64,000 nt of DNA from Flavobacteriales bacterium CG_4_10_14_0_2_um_filter_35_18 (GTDB taxonomy: Bacteria; Bacteroidota; Bacteroidia; Flavobacteriales; Flavobacteriaceae), in contig PFPU01000107.1 of the NCBI GenBank assembly GCA_002793215.1, positions 2,018 to 66,017 of the forward strand, in the 5' to 3' direction. Numbering within the stretch: position 1 is the stretch's first letter; each line of letters begins with the position of its first letter. The position numbers and the translations under genes were made by a program. The notes beneath the pieces were generated by a model that was not told the origin of the DNA, searched no databases, and worked only from the letters and a program-made list of their open reading frames with translations. Shown one piece after another: positions 7,700 to 15,828 of the stretch.

Positions 7700-9328
7700 T
7701 TAGACTTGAAAAACCCCTAGATTAAAATGCTTTTCAATTGGGGCATTGTTAGCCGCATCAATTCCCATACTAATCCATTTTCGCGTGTCGAGTGGGTTAA
7801 TAATTGCGTCGGTCCAAAGTCGGGCGGCTGCATAATAGGGAGATGATTGTGTTTTATAATTTGATTCGATTTTGTGTAACAAAGCCGTTTCGTTTTCTTT
7901 AGTGATAATTTTTCCTTGTTTTTTAAGCGAGGAAACTTCAATTTGCAATAAAACTTGAGCTGCTTGTGCACCGCCCATTACGGCTAATTGCGCACTGGGC
8001 CAGGCCACAATAAGTCGGGGGTCATAAGCTTTGCCACACATAGCGTAATTGCCTGCGCCATAAGAATTTCCGATGATTATTGTGAATTTTGGCACAACCG
8101 AATTGCTTACGGCATTGACCATTTTAGCGCCGTCTTTTATAATGCCACCGTGTTCACTTTTGCTGCCAACCATAAATCCGGTAACGTCTTGTAAAAAAAC
8201 AAGAGGCACTTTTTTTTGGTTGCAATTGGCTATAAAACGCGCCGCTTTATCGGCGCTATCAGAGTAAATAACCCCGCCAAATTGCATTTCACCTTTGGCA
8301 TTTTTAACAATTTTGCGCTGGTTTGCAACAATGCCAACGGCCCATCCATCTATACGTGCATAAGCACAAATAAGTGTTTTGCCGTAATCTTTTTTATATT
8401 CTTCAATTTCAGAATTATCGACTAAACATTTTATAATATCAAGCATATCATAAGGTTGTGTTCGCAAATTTGGCAGAATTCTCATAATATCTTTCTCGCT
8501 TTCTTTTGGCTCTAGCGATTTAATTCTATTAAAACCCGCTTTGTTATTAGCGCCAATTTTATCGATGATATTTTTGATTTTATCGAGGGCTTCTTTGTCG
8601 GTTTTAGCTTTATAATCAATCGTACCGCTGATTTCAGTTTGCGAAATTGCACCTCCAAGGGTTTCGTTATCAATAGTTTCGCCAATTGCAGCTTTAACTA
8701 AATAACTGCCGGCTAAAAATATGCTTCCAGTATTTTCAACAATTAGTGATTCGTCGCTCATTATTGGTAAATAAGCACCACCAGCCACACAACTTCCCAT
8801 AACAGCCGAAATTTGTGTAATGCCCATACTGCTCATTATGGCATTATTTCTAAAAATGCGACCGAAGTTTTCCTTATCGGGAAAAATTTCGTCTTGCATT
8901 GGCAAAAAAACACCAGCCGAATCAACCAAATAAATGATGGGTAATCGGTTTTCCATAGCAATTTCTTGCGCTCTTAGGTTTTTTTTCCCGGTGATTGGAA
9001 ACCAAGCACCTGCTTTAACGGTGGCATCATTGGCAACTATAATGCAAAGTTTATTCTTGATAAAACCAATTTTCACAATCACGCCTCCCGAAGGGCATCC
9101 GCCTTGAGCTTCATACATGTCATCACCTGCAAAAGCACCAATTTCAATTGATTTAGAATTGGCATCAAGCAAATAATCAATGCGTTCACGCGCTGTTAAT
9201 TTGCCATCAAGATGTTGTTTTTCAATACGTTTATCGCCGCCACCTTTATAAATTACGGAAAGTTTTTTCTTTAAATCGGCTACTAAAAGTTGGTTGAGAT
9301 CCTCATTTTTATTACGGGCAACATCCAT
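7700..9328 (-). CDS. Acyl-CoA carboxylase carboxyltransferase (beta) subunit (methylcrotonyl/propionyl-CoA carboxylase type)
   Basis: 542 aa with two carboxyltransferase domains (GGCPSGGVIV...SAGVFLP; VPLVFLQDVTGFMVG). Confidence 0.85.
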   Translation of the reverse strand: MDVARNKNEDLNQLLVADLKKKLSVIYKGGGDKRIEKQHLDGKLTARERIDYLLDANSKSIEIGAFAGDDMYEAQGGCPSGGVIVKIGFIKNKLCIIVANDATVKAGAWFPITGKKNLRAQEIAMENRLPIIYLVDSAGVFLPMQDEIFPDKENFGRIFRNNAIMSSMGITQISAVMGSCVAGGAYLPIMSDESLIVENTGSIFLAGSYLVKAAIGETIDNETLGGAISQTEISGTIDYKAKTDKEALDKIKNIIDKIGANNKAGFNRIKSLEPKESEKDIMRILPNLRTQPYDMLDIIKCLVDNSEIEEYKKDYGKTLICAYARIDGWAVGIVANQRKIVKNAKGEMQFGGVIYSDSADKAARFIANCNQKKVPLVFLQDVTGFMVGSKSEHGGIIKDGAKMVNAVSNSVVPKFTIIIGNSYGAGNYAMCGKAYDPRLIVAWPSAQLAVMGGAQAAQVLLQIEVSSLKKQGKIITKENETALLHKIESNYKTQSSPYYAAARLWTDAIINPLDTRKWISMGIDAANNAPIEKHFNLGVFQV

Positions 9329-9462
9329 ATAAAGTGTATTTATTTGTTCGGCTAAAATACAAAATTGGAGGCTAAAATGGTACTCAATATTTTTACAAAA
9401 ATTTCGTTTGTTTTATTAGTTGAATAATTGCGATATTTACGACTTTTAAAAAAAATAGGATT

Positions 9463-9642
9463 ATGATGAATAAAAACGTGGTTTTGGGTTATGCTACAAT
9501 TATTATGATTGTGGTAGGTTTAGGCCTAATTGGGTTAGGTGCCTTTAGATATAATGATGTTGCCGGATGGGGATTTGCCGCTGTTGGCGTAGGTTTTTTT
9601 GCCATTGCTTGGGTTTTTAACGCACTTAAAGGACGCGTCTAG
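9463..9642 (+). CDS. Small two-TM membrane protein (59 aa), absent from the ORF track
   Basis: Hand translation: MMNKNVVLGYATIIMIVVGLGLIGLGAFRYNDVAGWGFAAVGVGFFAIAWVFNALKGRV. It has two Gly/Ala-rich hydrophobic helices and locally higher GC than the flanking intergenic DNA. Confidence 0.45.
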   Translation: MMNKNVVLGYATIIMIVVGLGLIGLGAFRYNDVAGWGFAAVGVGFFAIAWVFNALKGRV

Positions 9643-9696
9643 CGATTTTAGATCTCTTGGTTTTACATTCATTTCTCATCTCTCAAAATTCAAAAA

Positions 9697-11388
9697 ATGG
9701 CCGACGATAAAAAGATAATTTTCTCAATGACAGGAGTAAGCAAAACTTACCCGGGTGCTAATAAACCTGTATTAAAAAATATTTATTTAAGTTTTTTTTA
9801 TGGAGCTAAAATCGGAATTCTAGGTTTAAATGGTTCCGGTAAATCCACGCTCTTAAAAATTATTGCCGGAATTGAAAAAAATTATCAAGGTACTGTCGAA
9901 TTTTTACAGGATTATTCAGTTGGTTATTTAGAACAAGACCCGCAGTTAGATAATACTAAAACAGTTCTAGATATTGTAAAAGAAGGAGTCAGTAAAACTG
10001 TTGCCATTTTAGATGAATACCATAAAATTAACGACATGTTTGGTTTAGAGGAAGTTTATTCTGATGCCGATAAAATGGATAAATTGATGGCGCGTCAAGC
10101 GGTTTTGCAAGATGAAATTGACGCCGCTAATGCGTGGGAATTGGATACTAAATTAGAAATTGCAATGGATGCGCTTAGAACACCCGATGGTGAAACACCC
10201 ATAAAAAACCTATCGGGAGGTGAACGCCGTCGTGTGGCTTTATGCCGATTATTGCTTCAAGAACCCGATGTACTTTTGCTGGATGAACCTACTAACCATT
10301 TAGATGCAGAATCGGTGCATTGGCTTGAAAATCATTTACAACAATATAAAGGAACCGTAATTGCCGTTACACACGATCGCTATTTTCTAGATAATGTAGC
10401 TGGATGGATTTTAGAATTAGATCGCGGTGAAGGCATTCCTTGGAAAGGGAATTATTCCTCTTGGCTTGAGCAAAAATCAACGCGATTAGCCCAAGAACAA
10501 AAAACAGTTTCTAAACATCAAAAAACTTTAGAACGCGAGCTAGAATGGGTACGCATGGCCGCTAAGGGAAGACATGCAAAACAAAAAGCACGTTTGTCGA
10601 ATTACGATAAATTGCTCAATCAAGATCAAAAACAATTAGAGGATAAACTTGAAATATTTATTCCAAATGGACCCCGATTGGGGACTAATGTTATTGAAGC
10701 TCAATCGGTTTCAAAATCTTTTGGTGATAAATTATTGTATGAAGATTTGAGTTTTAAGCTACCTCAAAACGGCATTGTGGGAATTATAGGTCCGAATGGC
10801 GCTGGAAAAACAACGCTTTTTAAATTAATTATGGACGAATTACAGGCCGATAAAGGAACTTTTTTTGTTGGGGATACCGCAAAAATTGCCTATGTAGATC
10901 AAAGTCATAGCAATATCAATCCTGAAAAAACCATTTGGCAAAACTTTGCCAATGAACAAGATTTGATTATGATGGGAGGTAAGCAAGTGAATTCAAGAGC
11001 TTATTTAAGTCGGTTTAATTTTTCGGGTAGCGACCAAAATAAAAAAGTTGCAACCTTGTCGGGTGGTGAGCGCAACCGATTGCATTTAGCGATGACTTTA
11101 AAAGATGAAGGAAATGTATTGCTTTTAGATGAACCCACCAATGATTTAGATATAAATACGCTAAGAGCTTTAGAAGAAGGATTAGATAATTTTGCAGGAT
11201 GTGCCGTGGTTATTAGCCATGACCGATGGTTTTTAGACCGAATTTGCACACATATTTTAGCCTTTGAGGGCGATAGTCAAGTGTATTTTTTTGAAGGTTC
11301 CTTTTCAGAATATGAAGAAAATAAAAAGAAACGCTTAGGAGCCGATGTGATGCCTAAGCGTATCAAGTATAAAAAATTAATTCGTTAA
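9697..11388 (+). CDS. ettA: Energy-dependent translational throttle protein EttA (ABC-F ATPase)
   Basis: 563 aa, near-collinear with the EttA pattern (LSGGERRRVALCRLLL, HDRYFLDNVAGWILELDRGEGIPWKGNYSSWLEQK, C-terminal PKRIKYKKL). Confidence 0.95.
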   Translation: MADDKKIIFSMTGVSKTYPGANKPVLKNIYLSFFYGAKIGILGLNGSGKSTLLKIIAGIEKNYQGTVEFLQDYSVGYLEQDPQLDNTKTVLDIVKEGVSKTVAILDEYHKINDMFGLEEVYSDADKMDKLMARQAVLQDEIDAANAWELDTKLEIAMDALRTPDGETPIKNLSGGERRRVALCRLLLQEPDVLLLDEPTNHLDAESVHWLENHLQQYKGTVIAVTHDRYFLDNVAGWILELDRGEGIPWKGNYSSWLEQKSTRLAQEQKTVSKHQKTLERELEWVRMAAKGRHAKQKARLSNYDKLLNQDQKQLEDKLEIFIPNGPRLGTNVIEAQSVSKSFGDKLLYEDLSFKLPQNGIVGIIGPNGAGKTTLFKLIMDELQADKGTFFVGDTAKIAYVDQSHSNINPEKTIWQNFANEQDLIMMGGKQVNSRAYLSRFNFSGSDQNKKVATLSGGERNRLHLAMTLKDEGNVLLLDEPTNDLDINTLRALEEGLDNFAGCAVVISHDRWFLDRICTHILAFEGDSQVYFFEGSFSEYEENKKKRLGADVMPKRIKYKKLIR

Positions 11389-11442
11389 ATAAAGCCTCTT
11401 ACGAGGCATCTTTAAAATTATCAAATAACCGTCTAATTACCT

Positions 11443-11541
11443 GACTTCGGTCTTCCAACTTTAAAATTCAGCATTAAGGCATTAAGAGGCATTAAGCTTT
11501 GAACAATAAACTTTGGTCTTTTGACTTTGGTCTTCTGACTT
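11443..11541. repeat. Short degenerate repeats in a convergent intergenic region
   Basis: Three copies of RACTTYGGTCTTYYRACTT (11443-11461, 11509-11527, 11523-11541). They flank three copies of GCATTAAG (11471-11496). Confidence 0.7.
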
Positions 11542-11558
11542 ATTGTTGTATAAATTTT

Positions 11559-12251
11559 TTACAATGCTTTCACCTTTTTAAATAGGATATTATTCTCTAA
11601 ATGGATGTGTTGAAACAAATCATTTATAAATTCATTTAATTTAAAATAGAGGGCTTTATAGGTGTTGCAAGCCCATTCAGGTGTTTGAAAATGATTGCTT
11701 AAGGCGATTATTTCTTTGGCATATTCACCAACAACTTCGTGTTCGTGTTCCATCATATTAACGGGATTCTCAATGGAGCCAAAAGGAAGCACTGCATTTT
11801 TATCTTTTAAATACGCTTTAATGGCAGGGAACAGAATCCGTTCTTCTTTTATCATGTGAGGCGCTAAATCGGCTGCTAACTTTTGGTAAAGCTCGGCAAT
11901 TTTAATTACTTCTGGGCTGTGGTCGCCGTGAACTTTAGCAACTTTTTGAGCGAATTCATCAATAATATCAAGGTTTTCTGTTACATATTTGTGATGAACA
12001 TTTACAATATAATCAATTAAAAAGGGTAATTCCCATTCATTGAAGTTGAGATTGGGCACATCCGATTTATTTTGATTTGAATTTAAATCATTCAGTAAAT
12101 CGGTGGGGTTTATATGGTGTTTTTCGCAAGCTTTTGCAATGCTGATGCCACCTCCACAACAAAAATCTAATTGATATTTTTTAAAAACACTAGCTGTACT
12201 AATATCTTCAGCAACTATTTCGGCGATTGTTTTTTCGAGTAAATTTTCCAT
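11559..12251 (-). CDS. Iron-sulfur cluster repair di-iron protein (RIC; ScdA/YtfE family)
   Basis: 230 aa. The N-terminal ScdA motif QLDFCCGG is followed by a hemerythrin-like His/Glu-rich domain (HHKYV...HEHEVVGE...HIHLENNILF). Confidence 0.85.
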   Translation of the reverse strand: MENLLEKTIAEIVAEDISTASVFKKYQLDFCCGGGISIAKACEKHHINPTDLLNDLNSNQNKSDVPNLNFNEWELPFLIDYIVNVHHKYVTENLDIIDEFAQKVAKVHGDHSPEVIKIAELYQKLAADLAPHMIKEERILFPAIKAYLKDKNAVLPFGSIENPVNMMEHEHEVVGEYAKEIIALSNHFQTPEWACNTYKALYFKLNEFINDLFQHIHLENNILFKKVKAL

Positions 12252-12289
12252 AATTTGAGTTTATAAATTAAGGAACAAAGGTACTAATT

Positions 12290-12327
12290 ATAATTAATAA
12301 AAGATAAAATAATCTTTTATTAATTAT
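12290..12327. promoter_or_regulatory. 16-bp perfect inverted repeat (AT-rich) with 6-nt loop between the hypothetical gene and RIC
   Basis: ATAATTAATAAAAGAT (12290-12305), loop AAAATA, ATCTTTTATTAATTAT (12312-12327). It overlaps the stop codon of the 12320..12832 ORF. Confidence 0.5.
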
Positions 12328-12832
12328 TTAACGCTTGTTTTAAAGCATCAAGGGCAAAAATAATTGCTTGATGAGGCGTTGAATTTTGTAATAATAAAGC
12401 CTCTTTAAATTCCTTAATGGTAATATTTTCAGTTTGAGAAAGCCTTTCAATTTGTTGCATCATCAAATCCTTGGCATTGTTTATCGTTTGGTAGCACGTT
12501 TTAGAAATGTAGATATGTTGAACAGCATTGTAATTAAATTCTTGTTCAATGGTTGCATTTATAAGCAATTTATAATGGAAAACACTTTCTGAAATGGGGT
12601 TAATTCGGGTAATTAAATTTTCAACCTTTAAGCGTTCTAAAAACAATGCAAAACGCTCAATAGCCTTTATTTTTGTAAGATACAACCGCTTTTCGCGCTT
12701 GAGATTAGCTGTTAAGATATACTTTTTAAACAACAATTTTTGATATTGTTTTAATAATAAGAAGCTTGTTAAATACCAACAAGAAAAAAAGAGTAATACT
12801 AAAATTAACAAATCAACTAAATCAAAATACAT
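12320..12832 (-). CDS. Hypothetical membrane-anchored helical protein (170 aa)
   Basis: ORF with an N-terminal TM (LVDLLILVLLFFSCWYLTSFLLL). It lies directly upstream of RIC in the same orientation. No family recognised. Confidence 0.55.
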   Translation of the reverse strand: MYFDLVDLLILVLLFFSCWYLTSFLLLKQYQKLLFKKYILTANLKREKRLYLTKIKAIERFALFLERLKVENLITRINPISESVFHYKLLINATIEQEFNYNAVQHIYISKTCYQTINNAKDLMMQQIERLSQTENITIKEFKEALLLQNSTPHQAIIFALDALKQALNN

Positions 12833-13001
12833 TTTTAAAGGCTTTAAGATGTCAAAAATAATTCAAAAAAATGAGACAAAGTCATTCTATGATTAATATC
12901 AACTTTTAATATGATTCTTGTCATTATCAATCATTTTAAATAGAATTAAAATTGCATATAATAATGAACGGAATAATTAATCAATTAAAAACTTTATAAT
13001 A

Positions 13002-14351
13002 ATGAAAAAAATAGGTTTAATTTTTATTTTATCCTTGCTAACCAGTTTTGCTTTTGCACAAACGGGTCACATTATGCAAGGTGTAGGCGCTTTAAACATG
13101 TCAATGGGAGGCGCATCAACCGCCCAACCGTTAGATATTAGTGGGGCTTTGCAATGGAATCCTGCATCAATATCGGTTTTTGATGAAAAAATAATGAATT
13201 TTGATTTGGGCATCTTTTTTTCATCACCAAATTTAAGTTCAACTTTGCCCGCAGGAATGTTAGGCCCAGGTGCGCCATCGGTTTCTGGAGAAACTAAAGA
13301 TGCCAGAGGTATTTCTCCAATGCCAGCATTTGCAATGGTTTGGGGTAAAAAAGACAGTAAACACACTTTTGGTGTATCGCTATTTGGAATTAGCGGTTTT
13401 GGAGTAACCTTTCCTGAAGAAAAAAATAATCCGCTAAGTCCAACTTTCAATCCTACAATAAATTCAAATCCTGCAAATTACCCCCAACAAGCGGGAGGTT
13501 TTGGTAGATTGCGATCTAATTATATGTTAATGCAAACGGGATTTACCTATGCCTATAAATTATCTGATAAATTTTCGATTGGTATTGAACCAACCATAGA
13601 TTTTTCAATTTTAGAAGTGGACCCAAATCCAATTGCCTCTCCAAGTCCAACATTGGGTTATCCTGAATCAGACGCGGCTTCTGCATTGGGTTTTGGCGGA
13701 CAAGTTGGTATCTTTTATAATTCCGGTTCGGGTTTTAAACTAGGGGTAGCTTATAAAACCGAACAATCATTTGGAAAATTTGATTTTAAAGGAACTTATC
13801 TAGATGGTTCTAAAGCGCCAAATGTTAAATTTAAAATGAATTATCCCGCAATTTTCTCAGTTGGTCTAGGTTATTCTGCCGAAAAATTTGATTTCGCTTT
13901 AGATTACAGAACCATTAATTATGAAAATGCAGAGGGTTTTGCTGAAAAAGGCTGGACTAATACAGCCTCGGTTGCAGGATTCGGTTGGCAAAATATTGAT
14001 ATAATTTCGGCTGGATTGCAATTAAAACTTATTGATAAATTGCCTTTGCGTTTTGGTTATACTTACAGCGGAAACCCAATAAATAGTGATTTAGCCATGT
14101 TTTCTATTGAAGCAACTGCCATTATCAAAAATGCATTTCAATTCGGATTTGGTTATGAATTAAGTGATAATTTAACCCTAAACGGTGTTTATCACCACGG
14201 TAGCAGTGATGGCAAAACATCCGGACCGCTGTTAAATCCTTTAATGATAACGCCAAGTAATCCAAATGGCGCAATTCCAGGTAGTAGTGTTGCTTATGAT
14301 ATGAAAACAGACTTAATTATGTTTGGCTTTAGCTATAAGTTTATTAAATAA
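13002..14351 (+). CDS. Outer membrane transport protein, OMPP1/FadL/TodX family
   Basis: 449 aa with a signal peptide (…SFAFAQ), alternating beta-strand pattern, a Gly-rich N-terminal hatch region and the C-terminal FGFSYKF barrel signature. Confidence 0.75.
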   Translation: MKKIGLIFILSLLTSFAFAQTGHIMQGVGALNMSMGGASTAQPLDISGALQWNPASISVFDEKIMNFDLGIFFSSPNLSSTLPAGMLGPGAPSVSGETKDARGISPMPAFAMVWGKKDSKHTFGVSLFGISGFGVTFPEEKNNPLSPTFNPTINSNPANYPQQAGGFGRLRSNYMLMQTGFTYAYKLSDKFSIGIEPTIDFSILEVDPNPIASPSPTLGYPESDAASALGFGGQVGIFYNSGSGFKLGVAYKTEQSFGKFDFKGTYLDGSKAPNVKFKMNYPAIFSVGLGYSAEKFDFALDYRTINYENAEGFAEKGWTNTASVAGFGWQNIDIISAGLQLKLIDKLPLRFGYTYSGNPINSDLAMFSIEATAIIKNAFQFGFGYELSDNLTLNGVYHHGSSDGKTSGPLLNPLMITPSNPNGAIPGSSVAYDMKTDLIMFGFSYKFIK

Positions 14352-14381
14352 TTTTTTTTGTATTAGGTTATTTAATTAAAG

Positions 14382-14409
14382 ACCGTCTCAAAACTGAGGC
14401 GGTTTTTTT
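14382..14409 (+). terminator. Rho-independent terminator after the FadL-family gene
   Basis: ACCGTCTCA-aaac-TGAGGCGGT followed by a T7 tract. Confidence 0.7.
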
Positions 14410-14588
14410 ATTTATGAACAGTACCAAAAAATTAAAGTATGCTATTTATAAAATTAATAAAATAAAAATCAATAGATTAACTTTAAAATTTTCTTAAAAT
14501 CTTTAAAAATTAAAATTAAATTTAATATTTAGAAACAAAATGTACTTCATTTGCGTCTTCACTATAAAAAGCAACTTTAAACACCATT

Positions 14589-15149
14589 TTGAAAGTAATT
14601 CCCTTATTTAACAACCAGCAGCAATTGATTAAAAAGTTACTACAAAATGACCGTAGTGCTCAAAAAGAGTTGTTTACACTATTTGCACCAAAAATGATGG
14701 GCGTGTGCCGACAATATATAAAAGATTTGCAATTTGCTGAAGAAGTGATGCTTAACGGATTTTTAAAAGCGATGACACATTTAAAATCCTTTGAAAATAA
14801 AGGGAGTTTTGAAGGGTGGATACGAAGAATTATGATAAACGAATGCATTTCATTTTTACGACAACAAAAACCACAACTTTTAATAGACGACAATCGCTAT
14901 TTTGAAGACAAAACAGAACACCAAGAACAAGAAGCCTTTGAAATTTCCGATTTACAACAACTCGTCGATAATTTGCCCAACGATTTCAAATTGGTTTTTA
15001 ATCTATTTGCCATTGAAGGATTGTCTCACAAGGACATATCAAATACTTTAAAAATTTCGGAGCAGGCTTCAAGACTGCGCTTGTTTAAAGCAAGAACCCA
15101 ATTAAAAGAGGAATATTCACGCTTAAAAAATGCTACAAATGGAAAATGA
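14589..15149 (+). CDS. RNA polymerase ECF-type sigma-70 factor
   Basis: 186 aa with region 2 (FAEEVMLNGFLKAMTHL...GSFEGWIRRIMINECISFLR) and region 4 (LPNDFKLVFNLFAIEGLSHKDISNTLKISEQASRLRLFKAR). It apparently starts at TTG 14589, since there is no suitable in-frame ATG. Confidence 0.85.
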   Translation: MKVIPLFNNQQQLIKKLLQNDRSAQKELFTLFAPKMMGVCRQYIKDLQFAEEVMLNGFLKAMTHLKSFENKGSFEGWIRRIMINECISFLRQQKPQLLIDDNRYFEDKTEHQEQEAFEISDLQQLVDNLPNDFKLVFNLFAIEGLSHKDISNTLKISEQASRLRLFKARTQLKEEYSRLKNATNGK

Positions 15150-15816
15150 ATTGGAAAATTTAATAAAATCTGAATTTGATCACAGAACATTAAATCCGAG
15201 CAGTTATGCCTTTGATAAACTTATTGATAAACTAATGGTACATCAAAAAAGCAAGCAAAGCATAAACCTTAAAAACTTAGTGATTGCCGCAAGCATTTTA
15301 GGTTTGATTTTTACAGTGGGTTATGAATTTAATTTTAAAGCTAAAACAACGGTTAAACAAAATGTTATCAGTAATATCCAAAAAAAGGAAACAGTACCTA
15401 TTACTAAAGAAACCAAGCTATTGATTACGAAAACTTTTAAAAAGGAAAGTTCTATAAAAAATAAGATAAGGTCAAAAGAGCTAGTTTTTGCAAAGGCAAA
15501 TAGTTTAGAAAAAATGAATGATGATGCTACTTTAACATCCGAAAAACCAATTGAAGTTTTAGCGTTAATTGATAAGCCTAAAACAAAAGAATTTCTAGTC
15601 AATTCTAATGTAACCGATGCCGAAATAAATGAACTTTTAAGTAGCGTTCAAACCAAAAAATTAGCTACCACACGCGATAGTTTATCGGTAAATGCTTTTC
15701 AATTATTGTATGAAATTGAAGTCGAAATAAACAAACCGCTACCCGAAAAAGTTATTTTAACGCTTCGTAGTGGATCGCGTGCAATAAAAGAGCTTATAAA
15801 ACCCACAAACCATTAA
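15130..15816 (+). CDS. Putative anti-sigma factor (single-pass membrane protein)
   Basis: 228 aa. It overlaps the sigma gene stop and has a short cytoplasmic N-domain, one TM (LVIAASILGLIFTVGYEF) and a Lys/Thr-rich extracytoplasmic tail. The call rests on position and topology only. Confidence 0.5.
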   Translation: MLQMENELENLIKSEFDHRTLNPSSYAFDKLIDKLMVHQKSKQSINLKNLVIAASILGLIFTVGYEFNFKAKTTVKQNVISNIQKKETVPITKETKLLITKTFKKESSIKNKIRSKELVFAKANSLEKMNDDATLTSEKPIEVLALIDKPKTKEFLVNSNVTDAEINELLSSVQTKKLATTRDSLSVNAFQLLYEIEVEINKPLPEKVILTLRSGSRAIKELIKPTNH

Positions 15817-15828
15817 AAAATTAATAAC

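Noticed and set aside
11448-11457. 10-nt identity (cggtcttcca) between the tRNA-His 3' end/att-like repeat and the intergenic repeat unit at 11448
   Set aside because: The match is too short to distinguish from chance in 64 kb on two strands. The flanking bases diverge immediately.
11443-11541. Possible CRISPR-like or minisatellite array
   Set aside because: There are only three degenerate 19-nt units, two of them overlapping. There are no unique spacers of regular length and no cas genes.
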